Below, one piece after another: positions 1-8,054 of a stretch of DNA of 64,000 nt (its first letter is position 1; every line of letters begins with the position of its first letter). The DNA lies in the NCBI GenBank assembly GCA_016209985.1, contig JACQVB010000152.1, forward strand, positions 9,539 to 73,538, read 5' to 3'. The stretch comes from Gemmatimonadota bacterium. GTDB lineage: Bacteria; Gemmatimonadota; Gemmatimonadetes; Gemmatimonadales; GWC2-71-9. The position numbers and the translations under genes are program-made. The notes below the pieces were generated by a model that saw only the letters and a program-made list of their open reading frames with translations, was not told where the DNA came from and did no database searches.

Positions 1-154
1 GGATATGGAACTGGACTTCGATGTTCCGGCTGCCACCCGAGCGAGTGCCGGGAATCGGTTCGGCGCCGTAGGTACCCTGGGCGTGTGCCGGGCGGGCGAC
101 TCCGGCGTACCCCTAGGTCATCGCCAGCGCCGCCGACCAAATGGCACGTTGCAT
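1..154 (-). pseudogene. 5' end of a fourth LVIVD-like secreted paralog (runs off the left edge); signal peptide interrupted by an in-frame TAG
   Basis: Minus strand: RBS GAGGAGG (160-166), ATG at 154-152, MQRAIWSAALAMT, TAG at 115-113. The same frame then continues GYAGVARPAHAQGTYGAEPIPGTRSGGSRNIEVQFHI to position 1. The GGSRN-I-x-V segment matches GGSSNVKMLGH / GGSSNIHVLSH / GGSRNVTVVAH in the three full-length paralogs. Confidence 0.4.
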
Positions 155-305
155 GGTAACCTCCTCAAGAGAGATGGCAGATCGGACGGGACGGGGAAGA
201 AAGTGAAGGTGGTCCGCGCCCCGCGCAATGCGCCGGCGCAAAATGAAGCACGCCGCCGGGTTGGACGGCGGTGGTCTGATGCAAAGCTCATGAAGCAGTG
301 ATCTA

Positions 306-333
306 TTGACAGGCTACGTACCGGCATTGTAAT
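306..333 (+). promoter_or_regulatory. Candidate sigma70-type promoter of SusC-1
   Basis: TTGACA (306-311), 16-nt spacer, TGTAAT (328-333), about 75 nt upstream of the ATG at 409. The TATTGAC -35 context is shared with the other two SusC upstream regions. Confidence 0.4.
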
Positions 334-408
334 GAGCACGCTGATCTGTTCCACCGGCGGCCGTCCGGGAACCGCCGTCAGATCGTACCTGCCACCCGAG
401 GAGCACAC

Positions 409-3400
409 ATGATCCCGATCCGATCCGTGATCTGCGCCGCATTGCTGTCGGTGCTCGGCAGTGCGGTGTTGCACGGCCAGACACGCATAGTGACTGGCCG
501 GGTGACCGACTCCCTGACCTCCGAGGCGGTGACCTCGGGTCAGGTGTCGGTGCAGGGCACCACCGTGGGGGCTTCCATCCAGGAGGACGGCACCTTCACC
601 GTGTCGGTGCCGGCACGGGAGGTCACGCTCACGATCCGGAGCATCGGGTTCAAGCGCCGTGACGTGCCGGTGCCAGCCGATCAAAGCACCGTCGCCGTGG
701 CGCTGGCGCGGGACTATTTCCAGCTCGAGGCCATCGTAGTGACGGGGCAGGCGACCGGTGTGGAACGAAAGAACCTCGCCAACTCTGTCGCGTCGGTTAC
801 CGGTGATCAGCTGGTCAAGACGCCTACGGCGAGCGTGGAACAGTCGCTGCAGGGCAAGATTGCCGGCGCCAATATCACCGACAACTCTGGCGCGCCCGGT
901 GGTGGCGTGCTGGTGCGGCTTCGCGGCGTGACCTCGATTATCGGAACCTTCACGCCGCTCTATGTGGTGGATGGCGTCATCGTGTCGGACCAGGCCATCT
1001 TCGGCGGCACCAACCTGCTGCGGCGCGCCTTTACGTCCGCAGGCATCGCGGGCAACCAAGACAATCCGGTCAACCGGATCGCCGACCTCAACCCCAACGA
1101 CATCGAGAGCGTGGAAGTACTCAAGGGGGCGTCGGCCGCCGCGATCTACGGCTCCAAGGCGTCGAACGGCGTGATCATCATCACGACCAAGCGCGGGCGG
1201 GTGGGTGCGCCGCAATTTTCCATTACGCAGCGCTTCGGCGCGGCAAAGGTGGAGCCCCGGGCCCTCTTCAAGTCACGCGCCTTCACCAGTGGTGCCGAGG
1301 CGGCCTCGATTTTCGGGGCCGGGGCTGCGGCCGACTTTGCCGCCGCCGGAGGCCAGACGTTTGATAACGAGAAGTACCTGGTGGGCAACACCGGACTCTC
1401 ATATGAGACCGGCGCGAGCGTGAGCGGCGGTACCGAGACGACCCGCTATTTCGCGTCGGGACTGGTCAAGAGCGACGGCGGCATCGTGCGGGGCACCTTC
1501 GCGGACAAGCAGTCGCTCCGTCTCAACCTGGATCAGAGCGCCGGCAGCCGCCTCCAGCTGGGTCTTTCCTCCGAGGTGATCCACACCACGGCCGACCGCG
1601 GGTTGACCAACAACGAGAACAACGGTACCAGCTGGTACTCCTCGCTGTCGGTGACGCCCAGCTTCTTCGACCTGCGCGGCACCTGTGGCGGGCAGAAGAC
1701 GACCGCGATCCACTGCTCCGACGGTTCGGTTCCCATCTACCCGGAGAACCCCTACGGCAGCAGCAACCCGCTGCAGTCCACTGCGCTGTTCCAGAACCGG
1801 GAGATCGTGTGGCGGTCGCTGTTCACCGGTCGTGCGAGCCTGGACCTGGTGAATAGCGCGCAGCATACGCTGCGCCTGATCGGGGTTGGGGGGGGCGACG
1901 TCTTTACTCAGAAGAACGACATCTACTCACCGCCCGAGCTTTTCTTCGAGGATGACGACGGCCTGCTGGGCACTTCGGTCCTGTCGTTCAGTCAGAGCCA
2001 GAACTTCAATCTGAATACCAACGCGGTCTACACCTTCAAGACCAACAGCGGAACGTCGGCGACCACCCAGCTCGGTGTACAATACGAAACCCGGAACGTG
2101 AACATCGACCGCACCATGGCGCGGAACCTGGTAGGCGGCGTTCACAACCTGCGGTCTGGCACGTCCGTCATCGTCGAGCAAGACAAGCAGCTCACCAAAG
2201 ACTTCGGCTTCTTTGCCCAGGAAGAGTTTCTGACCCTGGGAGAGAAACTCCTACTCACGCTGGGTGTGCGGGGCGACCAGAGCAGCAACAACGGTGATCC
2301 CGACAAGTTGTTCACCTATCCCAAAGCTTCCGCCTCCTACCGGTTGGCGCTGGTCAAAGGAGCGGTGGACGAGCTCAAGCTCCGGGCGGCGCTCGGCTAT
2401 TCGGGCAATCAACCCAAGTACGGTCAGAAGTTCACCGACCTCACGGGCGGTAACATCCTTGGCCTAGCGACCGCGCGCCTGAATCCCAGCGGTACCACCG
2501 GCGCGCCGGACATTCGGCCGGAGCGCCAGCGGGAAATTGAAGGCGGTTTCGACGCGACACTGCTCGGTGGCCGGGGGAACCTCGAATTCACCGTGTTCGA
2601 AAAGCGCGTCTCGGATCTGCTCCTGACGCGCTCGCTCGCGCCGACTACCGGCTTTGCTACCCAGTTCATCAACGCCGGTACATTGCGCACCCGCGGGCTG
2701 GAGGTTTCCCTGTCCCTGATCCCAGTGCAGACGGCCAACCTGACCTGGAATCCACGGGGGAATTTCTTCCTGAACCGGTGCAAGATTGTCACGCTGGGGA
2801 GCGTTCCTGCGTTCCGGCCGATTTCGTTCCTCAACTCGTCGACTTTCGGCTCGACGTTCATCGAGCCCGGCAAGTCGTGCACCCAGTTGGTGGGCAATGA
2901 GATCATCGGTGGGACGGGACAGCTACAGGTGGGCGGGACCCGGCAGCAATTCACGCCCCTCACCGACGCGAACCCCGACTACAAGTTCTCGCTATCCAAC
3001 GAACTCACTTACCGCCGGCTCCGTTTTTACTTCATGCTCGACCGGCAGAGCGGTGGCAGGCTGCTCAACGCGACCGGTTTCCTCTACGATCTCAGCGGCA
3101 CCAGCCCGGACCAGACGACGCCTGGGTGGAAGACGGCAAAGAGCGGCGTCGCCAAAGGGTTAACCGGGAATGAGCGGGCCGACTTCTTCAACCGCGGCAA
3201 GACGCTCGCGTTCTTGGAAGACGCTTCCTATTGGAAGTTGCGTGAGGTGAATCTCACCTATGAGCTCCCATCCAGCTTCGTGCGGAGCGTGTGGGGCGGA
3301 CTTCGGTATGCCCGGGTCGGACTGACCGGCCGGAACCTGCTCACCATCACGCCCTATCGCGGCGCCAATCCCGAGGCCAACGAGATCCAGCGTTCGGCAG

Positions 3401-3477
3401 CGGAAGGCGTGCCATGGGAAATCTGGCCGTATCCACCGAGCCGCAGCTTGTTCCTGAGCATCGACCTGGGCTTCTGA
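409..3477 (+). CDS. SusC/RagA-family TonB-linked outer membrane receptor (copy 1)
   Basis: Signal peptide. N-terminal carboxypeptidase-regulatory-like domain (RIVTGRVTD...GTFTV). Plug signature IESVEVLKGASAAAIYGSKASNGVIIITTKRG. About 1000 aa beta-barrel ending in F. RBS GAGGAG at 398-403. A SusD-like gene follows 2 nt downstream. Confidence 0.9.
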   Translation: MIPIRSVICAALLSVLGSAVLHGQTRIVTGRVTDSLTSEAVTSGQVSVQGTTVGASIQEDGTFTVSVPAREVTLTIRSIGFKRRDVPVPADQSTVAVALARDYFQLEAIVVTGQATGVERKNLANSVASVTGDQLVKTPTASVEQSLQGKIAGANITDNSGAPGGGVLVRLRGVTSIIGTFTPLYVVDGVIVSDQAIFGGTNLLRRAFTSAGIAGNQDNPVNRIADLNPNDIESVEVLKGASAAAIYGSKASNGVIIITTKRGRVGAPQFSITQRFGAAKVEPRALFKSRAFTSGAEAASIFGAGAAADFAAAGGQTFDNEKYLVGNTGLSYETGASVSGGTETTRYFASGLVKSDGGIVRGTFADKQSLRLNLDQSAGSRLQLGLSSEVIHTTADRGLTNNENNGTSWYSSLSVTPSFFDLRGTCGGQKTTAIHCSDGSVPIYPENPYGSSNPLQSTALFQNREIVWRSLFTGRASLDLVNSAQHTLRLIGVGGGDVFTQKNDIYSPPELFFEDDDGLLGTSVLSFSQSQNFNLNTNAVYTFKTNSGTSATTQLGVQYETRNVNIDRTMARNLVGGVHNLRSGTSVIVEQDKQLTKDFGFFAQEEFLTLGEKLLLTLGVRGDQSSNNGDPDKLFTYPKASASYRLALVKGAVDELKLRAALGYSGNQPKYGQKFTDLTGGNILGLATARLNPSGTTGAPDIRPERQREIEGGFDATLLGGRGNLEFTVFEKRVSDLLLTRSLAPTTGFATQFINAGTLRTRGLEVSLSLIPVQTANLTWNPRGNFFLNRCKIVTLGSVPAFRPISFLNSSTFGSTFIEPGKSCTQLVGNEIIGGTGQLQVGGTRQQFTPLTDANPDYKFSLSNELTYRRLRFYFMLDRQSGGRLLNATGFLYDLSGTSPDQTTPGWKTAKSGVAKGLTGNERADFFNRGKTLAFLEDASYWKLREVNLTYELPSSFVRSVWGGLRYARVGLTGRNLLTITPYRGANPEANEIQRSAAEGVPWEIWPYPPSRSLFLSIDLGF

Positions 3478-3479
3478 CC

Positions 3480-4892
3480 ATGACGCCACGAATGAGGAAC
3501 CGCACCATGCGACCGAATGCCAATCGCCGAGTACTCCTGGCGCTCGTGGGCCTCGCCGTTGCCTCGGCATGCAAGAACCTGGATGTTCCCAACCTCAACG
3601 CCCCCGCCATCGGGGACCTGGAAACCGTCCCGACCCGGAGTGGTGTCGCGACGGCGGTTCAGGGCCTGGTGGACGAGCTCCGCTCCAATCAGGGCGGTGT
3701 CGTCGCCACGTTCGGTGCCTTCGGACGCGAGGGATACAATCTCGATCCCAGCAACCCGCAGGCACCGGCCAACATCTACGTGCGTCTCGACCAGGATGCC
3801 GGAGGCGGGTTCTGGACCACAGCCTACCGGATGCTGCGCCAGGGTAAAGTGGTGCTGAGCGCGACGGACAAGGTGGCTGACTTGACCGCCGCTGAAAAGG
3901 AAGGCATCCGCGGCTTTACCAAGACGCTCGAGGCCCTGGCCTTGCTCTACAACATCATGGCCATGGATCAGAGTGGGGCCGCGCTCGACGTGAACGCCCA
4001 GACCGGGGACCCCTTGCCCGATATCAAGTCCAAGGCCGAGGTGTACACCCGGATTCTGCAGTTGCTGGACGAGGCTGCCACCAACCTGAACGCGGCAGGA
4101 TCCAGCTTCGCGTTCGGGCTGCCGCCGGGATTCGCCGGCTTCAACACGCCCGCAACGTTCCTGAAGTTCAACAAGGCCATTCGTGCCAGAGCGAACATTT
4201 ACACCAAGAATTACACTGGGGCCTTGACGGACCTCGCGGCGTCATTCCTCAGCACCACCGCGCCGCTCACGCTCGGCGTGTATCTCGACTTCTCGACCGG
4301 GACCGGCGACGCCGCCAACCCGATCTATGATCCAACGACCCGCCAGCGGTTCGCGCATCCCTCGATCCTGCGCGACGCGCAGCTTCAGGCGGACGGCGTC
4401 ACCAGGGACACGCGGGCCACGTCAAAAGTCGCGCCGATCGACTCGATCATTCGTCACGGCTTCCCGGTGAGTGAGAAGCTCACGGTCTATACCAGCGCGG
4501 GTGCTTCGATTCCCGTCATCCGGAACGAGGAGTTGATCCTGCTTCGGGCCGAGGCCAATCTGGCACTGGGCAGTACGTCGGCGGCCATCGCTGATATAAA
4601 CGTTGTCCGTGCGGCAGCCAGCGGCCTGCCGCCCATCAGCGACCCGTACGTGGCCAACGCGGCCCTCAGGCAGCCGGCCACGCTGCTCGACGAATTGCTG
4701 TACGAGAAGCGCTACTCGCTGTTCTGGGAGTTCGGTACCACCTGGATCGACGCGCGCAATTATGGAAAACTCGCGTTACTCCCGCATGATCGGACAGGCG
4801 ACAAGGTCTTCCCAAACTTCGCCCTGCCCAACCGGGAATGCAGCCAGCGGTCGCCGGCGCCGGCGGGGTGTACGGTTCCGGCGGGGCTGTGA
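3480..4892 (+). CDS. SusD/RagB-family nutrient-binding outer membrane lipoprotein (copy 1)
   Basis: In frame with track ORF 3291-4892, but the ATG at 3480 lies just after the SusC stop. Lipobox LAVASAC. C-terminal motifs RNEELILLRAEA and LLYEKRYSLFWE are shared with the other two SusD-like copies. The start could also be one of the next two Met codons. Confidence 0.8.
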   Translation: MTPRMRNRTMRPNANRRVLLALVGLAVASACKNLDVPNLNAPAIGDLETVPTRSGVATAVQGLVDELRSNQGGVVATFGAFGREGYNLDPSNPQAPANIYVRLDQDAGGGFWTTAYRMLRQGKVVLSATDKVADLTAAEKEGIRGFTKTLEALALLYNIMAMDQSGAALDVNAQTGDPLPDIKSKAEVYTRILQLLDEAATNLNAAGSSFAFGLPPGFAGFNTPATFLKFNKAIRARANIYTKNYTGALTDLAASFLSTTAPLTLGVYLDFSTGTGDAANPIYDPTTRQRFAHPSILRDAQLQADGVTRDTRATSKVAPIDSIIRHGFPVSEKLTVYTSAGASIPVIRNEELILLRAEANLALGSTSAAIADINVVRAAASGLPPISDPYVANAALRQPATLLDELLYEKRYSLFWEFGTTWIDARNYGKLALLPHDRTGDKVFPNFALPNRECSQRSPAPAGCTVPAGL

Positions 4893-4896
4893 GATC

Positions 4897-5024
4897 AAAG
4901 CGGCGGGTAGGCGGTTAGACGGTTGGACGGTTAGTGAAAACGGGAGCTCGTTCGGGCTCCCGTTTTCGCGTTACCACCGGACTCACCAACCGTCCAGCCG
5001 TCCAACCGTCTACCCGCCGCTTTT
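4897..5024. repeat. Tandem-octamer hairpin element (GGACGGTT family), full palindrome
   Basis: Left arm aaagcggcgggtaggcggttagacggttggacggttag. Right arm caccaaccgtccagccgtccaaccgtctacccgccgcttt. The outer ends are perfectly complementary and the right arm carries extra units. Lies between convergent SusD-1 and thrC, and the right arm encodes the thrC C-terminus. Confidence 0.85.
4937..4966. terminator. Bidirectional intrinsic terminator at the core of the 4897-5024 element
   Basis: AAAACGGGAGC / tcgttcgg loop / GCTCCCGTTTT: an 11-bp stem including the A-run and T-run, so it can work on both strands between convergent genes. Confidence 0.65.
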
Positions 5025-6272
5025 CTCCACCAGCGCCGCCACCTCTTTGACTTTCGGTGCGATCACCGGCGCCTCCGGCAAGGCGCCGCTCACCGCCTCC
5101 ACCGTCTTGAGGCCGTTGCCGGTGATGCAGAGGACCACTTCGTCATCCGGTGTGAATCTGCCGGCGCGGGCCAGCGCCAGGGCGCCCGCTACCGTGACTC
5201 CTCCGGCGGTCTCAGTGAAGATGCCGGTGGTCTCCGCGAGCAGCCGGATCCCGGCAATCAGCTCGGCGTCACTCACCGCCTCGGCCCACCCCCCGGTCTC
5301 CTTCATCGCGCGCGCCGCGAACAGGCCGTCCGCCGGGTTTCCGATGGCGATGGAGCGCGCGATCGTGTTCGGCACGACCGGGGTGATTTCCTCGGCGCCG
5401 CTCTGCACCAGGTTCACGATGGGCGCGCAACCCTCGGCCTGGGTGCCATACAGTCGCGGGCATTTGCCGGATACCAGGCCGTCCGCGATGAACTCCTTGA
5501 AGCCCTTTTCCAGTTTGGTGAGGAGCGAGCCGCCGGCCATGGGCGCCACCACCGCCGTCGGGAGCCTCCACCCGAGCTGCTCGGCGATCTCGAACGCGAA
5601 GGTCTTGGAGCCCTCGCCGTAGTAACCGCGCAGATTGACGTTGACGATGCCCCAGCTGTAGCGGTCAGCGAGCTGGGCGCAGAGGCGGTTGACGTCGTCA
5701 TACGTTCCCCGGACCCGAACCAGTCGCGGCCCGTAGATCGCGGTCCCGATGATCTTGCCGATTTCCAGGTCGTGCGGCACGAAGATCCAGGCCACCAGGC
5801 CGGCCCGCGCCGCATGCGCCGCCACCGCGTTCGCCAGATTACCGGTCGAGGCGCACCCGACCGTGTCCAGCCCGAGCGCCTGCGCCGCGTTGACCGCGGT
5901 CGCCACGACGCGGTCCTTGAAGGACAGGCTGGGGTGACACACGCTGTCGTTCTTGATCCACACCCGACCCACCTCGAGCCGCCGCGCCAGCGCGGGTGCT
6001 TCGACCAGGGGAGTGAATCCGGTGTCCAGCGAAAGCTGCGGGTCTCCCTCAAACGGGAGCCACTCCCGGTAACGCCACAAGGAAGGCGCCCGCGACGCGA
6101 TCGTGCCGCGGTCGGGGCGGGGGCGCGCGGGATCGTAGTCGGGATCCAGCGGTCCCAGACACTGGCCGCAAATCGCCGCCGGTTGAGCCGGGCTGGTGTG
6201 ACCGCACAGCCGGCAGCGCAACGGCAAGACCCTGAGCGTCCGGGACTCACGAATCGGGGTGAGCGTCGTCAT
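5010..6272 (-). CDS. thrC: Threonine synthase (PLP-dependent, with N-terminal zinc ribbon)
   Basis: CRLCGH...CGQC zinc ribbon. PLP-lysine motif HPSLSFKDRVV. GNLANAVAAHAARAG and the glycine-rich loop are typical of ThrC. Start taken at the ATG at 6272 (MTTLTPIRE); the track ORF extends to 6329. Confidence 0.88.
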   Translation of the reverse strand: MTTLTPIRESRTLRVLPLRCRLCGHTSPAQPAAICGQCLGPLDPDYDPARPRPDRGTIASRAPSLWRYREWLPFEGDPQLSLDTGFTPLVEAPALARRLEVGRVWIKNDSVCHPSLSFKDRVVATAVNAAQALGLDTVGCASTGNLANAVAAHAARAGLVAWIFVPHDLEIGKIIGTAIYGPRLVRVRGTYDDVNRLCAQLADRYSWGIVNVNLRGYYGEGSKTFAFEIAEQLGWRLPTAVVAPMAGGSLLTKLEKGFKEFIADGLVSGKCPRLYGTQAEGCAPIVNLVQSGAEEITPVVPNTIARSIAIGNPADGLFAARAMKETGGWAEAVSDAELIAGIRLLAETTGIFTETAGGVTVAGALALARAGRFTPDDEVVLCITGNGLKTVEAVSGALPEAPVIAPKVKEVAALVEKSGG

Positions 6273-6493
6273 GATCCATGCTCCTGCTCGAAGCGTCCTT
6301 CTTGCTGGTGAGAGGACGCGGATGGCCAAAGAGCGGTGGGAAACAACAAACCCGCGACAAAACGCCGCGGGTCACTCGCTTTTTAGCCCTTGTTTAGCGT
6401 GGCGGCAATACGCGGCAAATCACCACGGTTCATCAATTGTCCGGATGCTACCTGCTCATTGGCGCCACTGTCAAGGACTGCCTTGCCGTACTT

Positions 6494-6521
6494 TTCCCTC
6501 TTCCCTCTTCCCTTCTCATCC
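6494..6521. repeat. Solo arm of heptamer array (TTCCCTC x3-4; complement of the GGGAAGA family)
   Basis: ttccctc ttccctc ttccctt ctcatcc, immediately 3' of the minus-strand gene 6526-7227. No complementary arm seen nearby. Confidence 0.7.
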
Positions 6522-6525
6522 GTGG

Positions 6526-7227
6526 CTAGATCTTGATTTGCAGACCAAGTCCCACCACCGGCCAGATCTTCAGGTACGAGCGGCCGTTCAGATCCTGCTG
6601 AATCTGGGCCAGCTCGTTGGTTACCTCGGTATCGAACTGGGCCTTGGCGGCGCCGGTGAGGGTGGTGGTCGCGGTGTAGCTCACCTTGGGAGTGCCTTGG
6701 AACATGGCGCCGAGCTCCAGGAGAATTCCCACCTTGCCCCCCATGACGAAGTCGAGTCCCGCGTACGGGGCGACCTTCGCGAAGTCGATTTTTCCCGTGA
6801 TTGTGCCGATCTGCGATGCCGTGTAGGTGGTGCCGCCGATGGTCGTGCTGATGGTGGGATCGGCGCTCACTTCCAGACGATTCCCGTTGCGGACCACACC
6901 GGCCGCGGCGTGAATCGGGCCGAGCAGATGCAGGTCGAACAGAGCATCGAACGACCGCCACTTCACGTTGCCGGCATAGAGGGTGTTCGAGATCGTCATT
7001 TCGCCGTTCAGGCTGGCCCACTGGCCGCCGGCGCGAATGCCCACCCGCGGCAGAAACTTGAACCCGATCTCCGGCCCGAACCCGAGGCTGGTGACCTTGA
7101 GGCCGACGGTAAGGCCGAGGCTGGGCGGCTTCGGTGCACCGGGGACCTGGGCGCCGGCCGGCGCAACCATGGCGATGGTGAGCACCGCGACCGCGATGCC
7201 GGCAGACCGAGGCGTGATCGTCATCAC
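6526..7227 (-). CDS. Putative outer-membrane beta-barrel protein (OmpW/porin-like), function unknown
   Basis: Signal peptide MMTITPRSAGIAVAVLTIAMVAPAGAQ. Alternating hydrophobic and Gly/Thr-rich beta-strand-like pattern throughout. No specific family recognised by eye. Confidence 0.5.
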   Translation of the reverse strand: MMTITPRSAGIAVAVLTIAMVAPAGAQVPGAPKPPSLGLTVGLKVTSLGFGPEIGFKFLPRVGIRAGGQWASLNGEMTISNTLYAGNVKWRSFDALFDLHLLGPIHAAAGVVRNGNRLEVSADPTISTTIGGTTYTASQIGTITGKIDFAKVAPYAGLDFVMGGKVGILLELGAMFQGTPKVSYTATTTLTGAAKAQFDTEVTNELAQIQQDLNGRSYLKIWPVVGLGLQIKI

Positions 7228-7287
7228 AGGATTCCGTGAGTGGAAGATGTCCTATGCTAACGTCTCACGCGCTCACCGCAAGACGGA

Positions 7288-7319
7288 AGAGCCGCTCTCT
7301 CGTGAGGGAAAGCGGCTCT
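7288..7319 (-). terminator. Candidate intrinsic terminator after the zinc-ribbon gene
   Basis: AGAGCCGCT ... AGCGGCTCT 9-bp stem. On the minus strand it is followed by tccgtcttgcgg. Confidence 0.4.
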
Positions 7320-7373
7320 GGCGTGTTGCAATCGGGGTGAGTCCCGCGTCAGCAGCGCGGAAGCAGAACCGCG

Positions 7374-7637
7374 TTACGCGGCGCGACGGCGGTGCGCGTG
7401 GGTAATCGCGCTCTCGCGCGCCAACTCATCCCGTAAGGCTCGACTCTCCGCCACGGCAACAGCTTCCGCTTTTGCGACGGCGGCCTCGAGCGTAATAGGC
7501 GCACTCGGCGTGTAGAGACAGTTCGGGCAGTAGGCGCCCTCTCCGTCCCGCGCGAGCTTGCTCATGTTGCATGCCGGACAATGGCCGAGCAAAGTGGTAC
7601 TCGATGATGGCGTGTCCTCTGCGTATCGCTTGGTCAT
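7374..7637 (-). CDS. Small zinc-ribbon protein, function unknown
   Basis: CPACN...x16...CPNC four-Cys ribbon followed by an Ala/Glu-rich helical tail. Codon usage is GC3-rich. Confidence 0.45.
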   Translation of the reverse strand: MTKRYAEDTPSSSTTLLGHCPACNMSKLARDGEGAYCPNCLYTPSAPITLEAAVAKAEAVAVAESRALRDELARESAITHAHRRRAA

Positions 7638-7984
7638 AGCCCCTCACTCTGGGTGTTACGTGTATCCCGAGTCCTCAAACACCGGCGCGGATGGACGAGT
7701 TCCTCAAACCGCGTTCAATCACCGCAAACCATTACACAGCAGCCACTTAGACCATACGAGTCGATTGCCGGTTCCTTCCCATCAATCAACCAGGGTGCCA
7801 CCGACCTCCGCGCTAACGTGAATCGCCTACGTAGGCCGGGCGAGGTTTGGTGCCGTCGTGAGCCTCGATTGAACCATACTGGTGCAACGCCTGGTCCCCT
7901 CCCACCGGCCTCGGCCATTGCGGGAGACGCGGTCCGCGCGTGACCCAAGGGAAGCAAAGAGCATGCCCTCGTGAGTGCGCGTTC

Positions 7985-8013
7985 TTGACGACTGAACCGG
8001 CCGCCGGTATATG
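7985..8013 (+). promoter_or_regulatory. Candidate sigma70-type promoter of LVIVD paralog 1
   Basis: TTGACG (7985-7990), 17-nt spacer, TATATG (8008-8013), about 40 nt upstream of the ATG at 8055. Confidence 0.35.
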
Positions 8014-8054
8014 CGTGGGGTATCCCAACCGACCCGCCTGCCCGGAGAAAAACC

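Noticed and set aside
5-301. 98-aa plus-strand ORF at the left edge
   Set aside because: It overlaps, antisense, the LVIVD-like N-terminus and its RBS, and is Arg-rich with no motifs. The region is better explained as the divergent promoter region plus the 5' end of the minus-strand paralog.
118-1215. 365-aa minus-strand ORF (and many similar ones: 1399-1866, 12296-13429, 29624-31192, 35167-36162, 43452-44207, 44949-46115, 46292-47797, 48024-49565, 49857-50804, 57119-58996)
   Set aside because: All lie antisense to, or out of frame with, genes that have clear family signatures. Their products are Arg/Pro/Gly-rich with no motifs. These are the expected shadow ORFs of a high-GC genome.
3291-3479. 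Upstream extensions of the track ORFs for SusD-1 (3291), amidohydrolase-1 (22457), SusD-2 (46037), SusD-3 (50930), DUF5916-1 (9717), SusC-2 (42948), SusC-3 (47877), otsB (35290) and marR (36332)
   Set aside because: The extensions overlap the preceding gene or lack signal-peptide logic. Internal starts with RBS and signal peptide or lipobox immediately after the upstream stop fit better.
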